Shown piece by piece: positions 1 to 7,223 of a DNA stretch of 17,159 nt. Where the stretch lies: contig JBBDRO010000040.1 of the NCBI GenBank assembly GCA_040905425.1, positions 1 to 17,159 of the forward strand, given 5' to 3'. The translations under genes were made by a program, and so were the position numbers. The first letter of the stretch is position 1. Each line of letters begins with the position of its first letter. This DNA comes from Gemmatimonadota bacterium (GTDB taxonomy: Bacteria > Gemmatimonadota > Gemmatimonadetes > Longimicrobiales > RSA9). The notes below the pieces were generated by a model. That model made no database searches and was not told the origin of the DNA. It worked only from the letters and a program-made list of their open reading frames with translations.

Positions 1-415
1 TCGATGCCTGCCGCCGGAGGGGCGGCTGCTGGCGGATGCCCGGGCGCCGCGGCGGCCGTTGGGGGGGTGGGTGCGGGGGGCGGTGCGATCGGGCATGCAC
101 GGTCGGGTGCCGGAGTGGCTGGAGTTGGCCATGGGGTGAGGTGGTGGGGGGAAGGTGCCGGGAGGTGAGGTGGGCGGGCGCGTGGACGGATTTCATTGGC
201 GGCGTCCGGGGTTGGTTGCGGCTCCTGGGGTGGTAGAGCGGGGTGCTGGGCGATCGGGGCGCTGGCAAGGCGGGCTCCGCGGGCTTCATGATGGCGCGGC
301 GGTCAGTGTTGCCAATCTGGCCCATGTGGCGCATCCACACATCCACGTGTCCCAAATATCCCATTGACAGCTTTTGAGCTGCGGATTCGGGCTTGTCTCG
401 GACTCATTCGAGATC

Positions 416-500
416 GGCTCGTGGAGTGGGGTAGGTGGCTGCCTGACCCCGGCGGGAGTGTCGCCGAGGCTTTCGAGTCTCGGCATGCCGGCTACGAGCT
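416..500 (+). ncRNA. Candidate structured RNA (three-way junction) upstream of the DUF222/HNH gene; no known family recognised
   Basis: Closing stem GGCTCGTGG (416-424)/CTACGAGCT (492-500). Hairpin GGGGT-AGGT (428-436)/GCCT-g-ACCCC (441-450). Hairpin GCCGAGGCT (463-471)-TTCG-AGTCTCGGC (476-484). The non-Watson-Crick pairs in the stems are G.U on the + strand. Folded by eye only. Confidence 0.35.
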
Positions 501-581
501 ATCCAGGCCCCTTCCAGAGGGTCGAAAAACACCCCCTTATATTACAGAAGTGATTGCGACCACGGCGGATGGGAGGGGATC

Positions 582-2639
582 ATGGGTGGGCGGACGCAGG
601 ACTTCAGGTATGGAAACGCGGGCGGCTCCGGTGCGTGGGATGGTGGGGCGGTGGTGCGGGAGCGGAAGGTTGGGCTGCCGGGAGCGGCGGATGGCGCGGC
701 GGACGCGCACGGCGGCGGCCGCGGTTCCGCGGAACCGAGCGGGCCCGGTTCGAAGCACAGTTCCGGAGCAGAGACATCCCGCGGTTCCGCGGAACCGTCT
801 GAGCTCGGTTCCGATGGTACAGCGGAGGCCGGGAGCGCCGGTTCGAGCCGCGGTTCCGCGGAACCGTCCGCGCCCGATTCCGAGCTGACGCCCGGTTCCG
901 AGCGCGGTGCCGATCCCGCCACCGATGCGGCGCCGGACCCCGACGCCGAGGCGGAGGCCCTCGAAGAACTCGGCAACGAGATCGCCACCATCGCGGCCGG
1001 GATCCACGCCGCGGAGTACCAGCTGCTGGTCCGACTGGAGGAATTCGATCGGCGCGGCGGCTGGCAGCTCACCGGCCACCGCTCCTGCGCCGCCTGGCTG
1101 GCCCACCGCACCGGCAAGGACGAGGGCGCCTGCCGCCAGCGCGTGCGCGCGGCCCGTGTGCTTGTGACGCTACCGCTGACCAGCGCCGCGATGGAGCGGG
1201 GTGAGCTGAGCTTCACCAAGGTGCGGGCCATGACGCGCATCGCCACGCCGGAGAATGAGGCGGCCATCCTGGAGTACGCGCTCTCGGTCAGCGCCAAGAA
1301 GCTGGAGGCGTTCGTGCGGGACGCGCGCCTGTACGGCCATGTGGACGCGCGGGAGTATGCCCGCCGGCAGTGGGAGGCGCGCGAGTTCGTGGCGTGGGTG
1401 GACGAACACGGTATGGTCCAGTTCCGCGGCCGCATGCCGGCGGTCGACGGCCTGCCGGTGATGCGCGTCCTGCAGGGCTTCGGGCTGGCGGTCCATCAGG
1501 GGGCTGAGGACGGCCGCACGGACCGGCAGCGGCGGGCTGACGCTTTTCTCATGGTGGCGGAGCAGGCGCGGGTGGCGGGCACCGGAGACCTGAAGACGGA
1601 CGTGCGGGTGGGGCTGGGGGCGGCGGTGGAGGAGGATAGCGGGGACGTGGAGGGCGAGCCGAACTTGGCGGCCGAGCCAGGAGACGGCTCCCGCGGTTCC
1701 GCGGAACCGGATGGGCACGGTTCCGATCGCGGTTCCGATCCAGCTCCCCGCGGTTCCGATCACGGTTCCGCGGAACCGTCACCGGCCGGAGCTGTCCAGA
1801 AATCGGACGAATCCCGCGGTTCCGCGGAACCGAGTGGGCGCGGTTCCGATGCGGCTCCCCGCGGTTCCGATCGCGGTTCCGATCCAGCTCCCCGCGGTTC
1901 CGATCGCGGTTCCGACACGGTTCTCCGCGGTTCCGATGACAGTTCCGCGGAACCGACTCCCGCCGGAGCTGTCCAGAATTCAGACGAATCCCGCGGTTCC
2001 GCGGAACCGCGCCGCGCCCCCATCTCCCCGCGCGCCGAGCGCTACCTGGTCATGCTGAACGTGGAGCCGCAGGCGCTCGTGGCGGGGGAGCAGGCCGAGC
2101 GCTGCCACCTGGATGACGGCACGCGCGTGACGGGGGAGTCCGCCCGCCGCCTCACCTGCGACTGCGACATGGTCGAGGTCACCCGCTGTAAGCATGGCTC
2201 CGTGCTGGACGTGGGCAGGAAGACGCGCCAGATCAGCACGCCCATGCGGCGGGCGCTCGATGCGCGGGACGGCGGCTGCCGCTTCCCGGGCTGTGGGCTG
2301 CGCTTCACGAAGGGGCACCACATCCTGCACTGGGGTGACGGCGGCCCCACCAAGCTGGACAACCTGGTGCTCCTCTGCCACCACCATCACACGCTGGTCC
2401 ACGAGGGCGGCTTCAGCATGGACATGCCGCAGCCGGGGCGGCCGAACTTCTACGACCGAAAAGGCCGGCCGGTGCCGGAGACGCCGCCACCGCTAGAGGT
2501 GACGGAGGCGCTGGAGGCGCTGCATCGCCGCCGCGGCATCAAGCCCGGCCCTTACACGAGCGCGCCCCGCTACGCCCGGGACGGTCAGGTGCCGTGGGCC
2601 ATCGAGGCGGCGGCCATGGAGGCGGCGGACCCGGCGTAG
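582..2639 (+). CDS. DUF222 (13E12-repeat-like) domain protein with C-terminal HNH endonuclease, 685 aa
   Basis: GGAGG at 572-576, 5 nt before the ATG. DUF222-type N-terminal motifs: 'RLEEFDRRGGW..GHRSCAAWLAHRTG..ACRQRVRAARVL..LP..AMERGELSFTKVRAMTR', 'QRRADA', 'ARRLTCD', 'LDVGRKTR'. HNH domain: 'RRALDARDGGCRFPGC..HHILHW.DGGPT.LDNLVLLCHHHH.LVH'. Confidence 0.92.
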   Translation: MGGRTQDFRYGNAGGSGAWDGGAVVRERKVGLPGAADGAADAHGGGRGSAEPSGPGSKHSSGAETSRGSAEPSELGSDGTAEAGSAGSSRGSAEPSAPDSELTPGSERGADPATDAAPDPDAEAEALEELGNEIATIAAGIHAAEYQLLVRLEEFDRRGGWQLTGHRSCAAWLAHRTGKDEGACRQRVRAARVLVTLPLTSAAMERGELSFTKVRAMTRIATPENEAAILEYALSVSAKKLEAFVRDARLYGHVDAREYARRQWEAREFVAWVDEHGMVQFRGRMPAVDGLPVMRVLQGFGLAVHQGAEDGRTDRQRRADAFLMVAEQARVAGTGDLKTDVRVGLGAAVEEDSGDVEGEPNLAAEPGDGSRGSAEPDGHGSDRGSDPAPRGSDHGSAEPSPAGAVQKSDESRGSAEPSGRGSDAAPRGSDRGSDPAPRGSDRGSDTVLRGSDDSSAEPTPAGAVQNSDESRGSAEPRRAPISPRAERYLVMLNVEPQALVAGEQAERCHLDDGTRVTGESARRLTCDCDMVEVTRCKHGSVLDVGRKTRQISTPMRRALDARDGGCRFPGCGLRFTKGHHILHWGDGGPTKLDNLVLLCHHHHTLVHEGGFSMDMPQPGRPNFYDRKGRPVPETPPPLEVTEALEALHRRRGIKPGPYTSAPRYARDGQVPWAIEAAAMEAADPA
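722..866. repeat. Palindrome cluster 1: three perfect copies of CGGTTCCGCGGAACCG inside the HNH gene
   Basis: Copies at 722-737, 782-797 and 851-866 (start-to-start 60 and 69 nt). Each reads (R)GSAEP in frame. Half-sites CGGTTCCGA at 806 and 893. Confidence 0.95.
1694..2011. repeat. Palindrome cluster 2 with nested tandem repeats inside the HNH gene
   Basis: Palindromes at 1694-1709, 1763-1778, 1817-1832, 1940-1955 (1 mismatch) and 1994-2009 (extends to 20 bp, 1992-2011). Half-sites CGGTTCCGA at 1718, 1730, 1751, 1841, 1862, 1874, 1895, 1907 and 1928. There is a 33-nt unit encoding APRGSDRGSDP and a larger duplication, 1694-1816 versus 1817-1993. Confidence 0.95.
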
Positions 2640-2759
2640 ACGGTGCCGCGGGTGCGGCGCGGGGGCTGCGCTGGTGGCCGATGCCGATGAACGGGCGGCG
2701 CGCCCGGCGCAGGAGAGCGAGCGCGGATGCGGCACTGCCCATGAAAGCGCGGAAGCGCC

Positions 2760-4064
2760 TCAGCGCGCCCAGCGGACGACCAACCGCTCAACCCGGTCCA
2801 CGCCCAGCTCATCGGTGGTGATGGCCAGCAGGGTATCCCCGCGTATCGAGGTAGGCCGCATTCGGATCGGTCCACGTGCGGCGCCCACATAGATCCCGTC
2901 GGGTTCGAAGATGTCGAAGCTCGTGTGCGGCTCGCCCCACTGCGGCCACGGGTCCGGCAGGCGCCAGGATGCCAGGTGCACCCGGACCCACATGCGTCCC
3001 TCCTGGCCGTGCAGTACGGCATCGTAGGCGGGTTTCACGGGGGGCGGTGCTTGCGGGCCGTGCCATACGTACTGATCTGCGCCAGTGATCTTTTCCCACT
3101 GCCGCGCCACCACGGCAGCTTCCCCCGGCTCGAGCTCGACGACGTCCACCCGCCGCCGGATGCTCAAGACGGAATCTCCCGGGCTCCATGCTCCCGCCGG
3201 TGCATGCACTTCATCAGGCGGCAGGCGCAGATCGATGGTGTAGCTGCTCGTGACGCCGGTGACCAGGTGCCCGAGCGGGCTCCATGACCACCAGGCGGCG
3301 GGCATGAAGGTCAGCCCAACATACACATGACCGCTCGGCAACTGGGCGTAACCGCCCAGGTCGGGCAGCGCCGGCTCCGGCACCGTATCCACCACGGTGC
3401 CATCCGGCAGCAGACGGACCGTCCCGCCCGGTCGGTCCATGGTCCATTCCGGCACCACGTCGACGAACTGCGGCACCGTATCGATCGCCCACAGCCACGA
3501 CCAGTCCGTCCCCTGTCGCGCCAAACTCCGCAGCACGACATGCACCACCCCGGCCGTATCCACCACGATCGGCCCCTCGATGGCGCCCTCGAAGCTCCAC
3601 GCGTCGAGCAGCAGTCCGTCCGCCGCGAAGACGTGGACCCGCCCCGGGGAGGTCTCCCCCACGTACAGGGTCCCGTCCGGCGCCACGGCTAGCATGGCCG
3701 CCCGCCTGAACTCGCCGGGGCCGCTCCCCGGGCCGCCGATGTCCCGCACGTGCCGGCCCGAGCCATCAAACGCGCGCACTACCTGCGCCTGTCCGTCCAG
3801 GGCGTAGATCACGCCGCCCGGCCCGAGTGCCGCGTCGCTCAAGCGGCCAAAGACGTAGGGCTCGGGGCCGTCCACCAGGCCGATCGTGAGATCCTCCATC
3901 AGGGTCCCACCGCCCGGGTAGCGCGGTGCCCCCGCGTAGCGCACGATCGTGTCGCCACTCGTGTAGCTGGCCGGACCGGGCGGGTCCGCATCCGTCCCGG
4001 CACAGCCGGCCACCGCCAGCCCGCCGAGGAGAATCAGCACCCGCAGAGGCCCGCCGGTGCGCAT
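2760..4064 (-). CDS. Predicted lipoprotein with 6-bladed beta-propeller (NHL-like repeats), ~434 aa
   Basis: Start moved to ATG 4064, giving MRTGGPLRVLILLGGLAVAG-C (basic residues, hydrophobic core, lipobox-like AVAG|C). NHL-type blades: 'GVIYALDGQAQVVRAFDGSGRHVRDIGGPGSGPGEF', 'LAVAPDGTLYV', and C-terminal 'FDIFEPDGIYVG..TDELGVDRV'. The exact start is uncertain. Confidence 0.8.
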   Translation of the reverse strand: MRTGGPLRVLILLGGLAVAGCAGTDADPPGPASYTSGDTIVRYAGAPRYPGGGTLMEDLTIGLVDGPEPYVFGRLSDAALGPGGVIYALDGQAQVVRAFDGSGRHVRDIGGPGSGPGEFRRAAMLAVAPDGTLYVGETSPGRVHVFAADGLLLDAWSFEGAIEGPIVVDTAGVVHVVLRSLARQGTDWSWLWAIDTVPQFVDVVPEWTMDRPGGTVRLLPDGTVVDTVPEPALPDLGGYAQLPSGHVYVGLTFMPAAWWSWSPLGHLVTGVTSSYTIDLRLPPDEVHAPAGAWSPGDSVLSIRRRVDVVELEPGEAAVVARQWEKITGADQYVWHGPQAPPPVKPAYDAVLHGQEGRMWVRVHLASWRLPDPWPQWGEPHTSFDIFEPDGIYVGAARGPIRMRPTSIRGDTLLAITTDELGVDRVERLVVRWAR

Positions 4065-4270
4065 ATATCGTCGGCACATATCAACAGCCGGCATAAGGAA
4101 ACAGGACATACGATACAACCCAACAAACGCCCCAGCCCCCGCTCCCCCCCACACCCTCTTTTCCACAATCCCCCCTATCCTTATGTTCCACAGTTCGTTG
4201 TGAGCCTGGCGGCGGGCGGTTCGCCCGACAAGTCACGCGCCACGCACGGGATGATGAGGATGGAGCGGGC

Positions 4271-5491
4271 ATGAGCCCCTGGTTCACCGAAAAGCACAAG
4301 GAGCTGCGCCAGCGGGTGCGCGCCTTCGCCGAGGCGGAGATCGCGCCCGTGGCGGGTGCGTACGACCAGGACAGTCGCTTCCCCTGGGAGAACGTTCGGC
4401 GCATGGCCGACATGGGCCTCTTCGGCGTGAACGTGCCGGAGGCGCTGGGCGGGCTGGGGCTGGACTACGTCAGCTACATCCTGGTCATCGAGGAGCTGGC
4501 GCGCGTGGATGCCAGCCACGCCATCACCATCAGCGCGCACAGCACGCTGGGGACGTCGCCGATCATGGCGTTCGGGACGGACGAGCAGCGGGAGCGCTAC
4601 GTGCCACTGCTGGCTGCCGGCAAGGTGCTCGGCGGCTTCGGGCTCACGGAGCCGGCGGCCGGGTCGGACGCCGGCGCCACGCGCACCATGGCCGTGCGCG
4701 AGAACGGCGGCTACCGACTGAACGGCAGCAAGATCTTCATTACCCACGCCGGCGTGGGTGAGATCTTCGTGGTCACGGCGGTGACGGACCGGGAGCAGGG
4801 TACCAAGGGTATCACCAGCTTCATCGTCACCAAGGAGACCACGGACCGCGAGGCCGCGGAAAAGGTGGGGGTGGGCCACGCGCCCGAGCTGGCGCCGTTT
4901 ACGCCGGGCGTGCGTGCCGCCAAGAAGGAGAACAAGATGGGCTGGCGCTCGTCCGACACGCGCGAGCTCATCCTGGAGGACGCGCTCGTCCCCGAGGAAA
5001 ACCGCCTGGGGGAGGAGGGCCGCGGCTTCATCAATTTCATGAAGACGCTGGACGCGGGGCGCATCGGCATCGGTGCCCTGTCGCTGGGCCTGGCACAGGG
5101 CGCCTACGAGCAGGTGATCCAGTTCGCACGGGTGCGCGAGCGCCTGGGGCGGCCCCTGCACGAGCATCAGGGGGTGCAGTTTGCCCTGGCCGACATGGCC
5201 ACGGAGATCGAGGCGGCGCGGCACCTGGTCTATCACGCCGCCAGCCTGAAGGAAGCCGGCCGCCCGTTCGCTCGGGAGGCCGCCATGGCCAAGCTCTACG
5301 CGAGCGAGCTGGGCATGCGTACGACAACCCGCGCGGTGCAGCTCCTGGGTGCCCACGGCTACACGGCCGAGTACCCGGTGGAGCGCATGATGCGCGACGC
5401 AAAAATCTGCGAGATCGGCGAGGGGACCAGTGAGGTCCAACGCCTCGTGATCGCGCGTAACATCTTCCGCGAGGCCGCGGCGGGCTCCTGA
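4271..5491 (+). CDS. Acyl-CoA dehydrogenase (short/branched-chain type), 406 aa
   Basis: Motifs 'GFGLTEPAAGSDA', 'LNGSKIFIT', 'KMGWRSSDT', 'LDAGRIGI', 'HQGVQF.LADM', 'ERMMRDAKICEIGEGTSEVQR' (catalytic Glu position). GGAG RBS at 4262-4265. Confidence 0.96.
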   Translation: MSPWFTEKHKELRQRVRAFAEAEIAPVAGAYDQDSRFPWENVRRMADMGLFGVNVPEALGGLGLDYVSYILVIEELARVDASHAITISAHSTLGTSPIMAFGTDEQRERYVPLLAAGKVLGGFGLTEPAAGSDAGATRTMAVRENGGYRLNGSKIFITHAGVGEIFVVTAVTDREQGTKGITSFIVTKETTDREAAEKVGVGHAPELAPFTPGVRAAKKENKMGWRSSDTRELILEDALVPEENRLGEEGRGFINFMKTLDAGRIGIGALSLGLAQGAYEQVIQFARVRERLGRPLHEHQGVQFALADMATEIEAARHLVYHAASLKEAGRPFAREAAMAKLYASELGMRTTTRAVQLLGAHGYTAEYPVERMMRDAKICEIGEGTSEVQRLVIARNIFREAAAGS

Positions 5492-5516
5492 CGCCGGTGG
5501 TCCCGAAGTTCGGACA

Positions 5517-7049
5517 ATGAAGAGAGAAATTCTGATTTCGGCCATGGCCGGGGAGACCCGTGTGGCCATCCTCGAGGATGACGTCCTCGTGGAACTCATG
5601 GTGGACCGCCCCGACAACGAGCGCATCGTCGGGGACATCTACATGGGCACCGTCCAGGCCGTCCTCCCCGGCATCCAGGCCGCCTTCGTGGACATCGGCA
5701 CGGACAAGGCGGCCTTCCTGCACGTCTCTGACGTGGCGCCCGAAGAGGACGAGGATGATGAGAATGGCGGCGGCGGAGGCGGCGGCAACCGTCGCAACCG
5801 TAATCTCCCCCCCATCCAGGAGATGATCCAGAAGGGGGAGAAGCGCCTCATCCAGATCACCAAGGAGCCCATCAGCACCAAGGGCTCGCGCTGCACCACC
5901 CACATCTCCCTGCCGGGCCGCTTCCTGGTCTACATGCCGGGCTCCAACCACGTGGGTGTCTCGCGCAAGATCGACGACCGCGAGGAGCGCTCACGCTTGC
6001 GCGCGCTGGCCAAGGAGATCCTGCCCAAGGACGCCGGCGGGCTCATCATCCGGACCGTGGGTGAGGAGCTCACGCGCGAGAAATTCGAGCGCGAGCTGAA
6101 CACACTGCGGGATACCTGGAAGAAGATCGAGAAGAAGTCCAAGGGCGGCCGCGCGCCCCAGCTGATCCACAGTGAGGCCAAGCTCACGGGTGGCATCATC
6201 CGGGACGTCTTCACCGATCGCGTGGACTCGCTCACCATCGACAGTCCCGAGGTCTACGCCGAGGTCAAGAAGTACCTCGAAGGCGTGGATCCCGACCTGT
6301 TGGAGCGCGTGCACCTGCACAGCGAGCCCGCGCCGCTCTTCGACGAGTACGGGGTGGAGGACGCCGTGCGTGAGGCGTTCCAGCGCCGTGTGGACCTGCC
6401 GAGCGGCGGCTACATCATCATCGAGCCCACCGAGGCGCTCGTCTCCGTGGACGTGAACACCGGCCGCTACACCGGCAAGAAGGACCCCGAGAAGACCATC
6501 CTCAAGACCAACCTGGACGCCGCCAAGGAAGTGGCGCGCCAGCTCCGTCTGCGGGACATCGGCGGTATCGTGGTGGTGGACTTCATCGACATGGAAACCA
6601 AGGCCAACCAGGACCGCCTGCTGCAGGAGCTGCGCACCCATCTAGGCCGTGATCGGGCACGCACACGCGCCTTCCAGGTCTCGGAGCTGGGGCTGGTGGA
6701 GATGACCCGCCAGCGGGTGCGGCCGTCGCTCTACCAGTCGCTCACGGAGCCGTGCTGGTACTGCGGCGGCTCGGGCCGCGTCTTCCGCCCCGACACCGTG
6801 GTGCGCCGCGTGGAGCGGGCACTGCGCCGCGCGTCCGCCGAGAAATCCGACCGCGAGCTGGTGGTGCGCGTGCACCCGCAGGTGGCGCTGCACATCCTGG
6901 AGGCCGAGCCGGACTTCATGCGGCGCCACGCCAAGAGCCTGGGCATCGACGTGGAGCTGCGCGACGACCCGCTCATGAAGCAGGACGAATTCAAGCTCCT
7001 CTCGGGGCGCGCGGAAACGGACGTCACGGCCCGCTACGGCCTGGGTTAA
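5517..7049 (+). CDS. rng: Rne/Rng family ribonuclease (RNase G-length, catalytic domain only), 510 aa
   Basis: S1 domain 'IVGDIYMGTV..VLPGIQAAFVDIG..KAAFLH', 'KEPISTKG', 'GVSRKI', catalytic 'DVNTG' and 'DFIDM', 'GLVEMTRQR', Zn-link 'CWYCGGSG'. It lies upstream of rplU-rpmA, a common context. Confidence 0.95.
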   Translation: MKREILISAMAGETRVAILEDDVLVELMVDRPDNERIVGDIYMGTVQAVLPGIQAAFVDIGTDKAAFLHVSDVAPEEDEDDENGGGGGGGNRRNRNLPPIQEMIQKGEKRLIQITKEPISTKGSRCTTHISLPGRFLVYMPGSNHVGVSRKIDDREERSRLRALAKEILPKDAGGLIIRTVGEELTREKFERELNTLRDTWKKIEKKSKGGRAPQLIHSEAKLTGGIIRDVFTDRVDSLTIDSPEVYAEVKKYLEGVDPDLLERVHLHSEPAPLFDEYGVEDAVREAFQRRVDLPSGGYIIIEPTEALVSVDVNTGRYTGKKDPEKTILKTNLDAAKEVARQLRLRDIGGIVVVDFIDMETKANQDRLLQELRTHLGRDRARTRAFQVSELGLVEMTRQRVRPSLYQSLTEPCWYCGGSGRVFRPDTVVRRVERALRRASAEKSDRELVVRVHPQVALHILEAEPDFMRRHAKSLGIDVELRDDPLMKQDEFKLLSGRAETDVTARYGLG

Positions 7050-7058
7050 GCGACGTCC

Positions 7059-7110
7059 CCCGGGACCTCACCGGGCGCCGCGCCTGCCGGCGCGGCCCGG
7101 CGGTCCCGGG
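7059..7110 (+). other. Long GC hairpin 3' of rng (3'-end stabiliser or U-less terminator)
   Basis: CCCGGGACC (7059-7067)/GGTCCCGGG (7102-7110), CCGG (7071-7074)/CCGG (7097-7100), GCCGCGCC (7077-7084)-TGCC-GGCGCGGC (7089-7096). No U-tract. Confidence 0.55.
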
Positions 7111-7160
7111 CTCGGATCCAGGCTCCTCCGCGCGCGCCTCCGGCCCGCGCGGCCAGGATC

Positions 7161-7189
7161 TTGACAGGCCGCCCGGATGCGGCGATCTT
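7161..7189 (+). promoter_or_regulatory. Sigma70-type promoter for rplU-rpmA
   Basis: Perfect -35 TTGACA (7161-7166), 17-nt spacer, -10 GATCTT (7184-7189; conserved A2 and T6), ending 34 nt before the rplU ATG. Confidence 0.7.
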
Positions 7190-7223
7190 TTCCAGTCTGT
7201 CAATGGATTGAAAACGGGCGACT

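Noticed and set aside
61..80. G-run cluster with G-quadruplex potential
   Set aside because: Expected occasionally in G-skewed, high-GC DNA, with no supporting context.
1..290. Possible - strand gene running off the left edge (ATG at 289, 197 or 132) and short + strand ORFs
   Set aside because: No RBS or recognisable motif, and the translations are low-complexity Pro/Arg/Gly-rich. It cannot be judged without upstream sequence.
361..370. CCATTGACAG also present inverted at 7197-7206
   Set aside because: A single 10-nt match ~7 kb apart, flanking core genes, is not credible as element ends.
364..392. TTGACA as a promoter for the HNH gene
   Set aside because: No -10-like hexamer at 16-18 nt spacing. 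A separate TATATT at 538-543 lacks a good -35, so no promoter was called.
722..2011. CRISPR array interpretation of the spaced palindromes
   Set aside because: The repeat is only 16 bp, spacing is irregular and always in frame, the intervening DNA is self-similar, it lies inside an intact CDS, and no cas genes are present.
4065..4166. N-terminal extension of the beta-propeller ORF to 4166
   Set aside because: It would bury the signal peptide and runs through AT-richer, promoter-like intergenic DNA.
4181..5638. 485-aa antisense ORF over the acyl-CoA dehydrogenase
   Set aside because: Shadow ORF caused by GC3 codon bias. The sense gene has full family motifs.
5740..5805. Acidic/poly-Gly/Arg insert in the RNase E/G S1 domain
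   Set aside because: Variable low-complexity inserts at this position are common in the Rne/Rng family.
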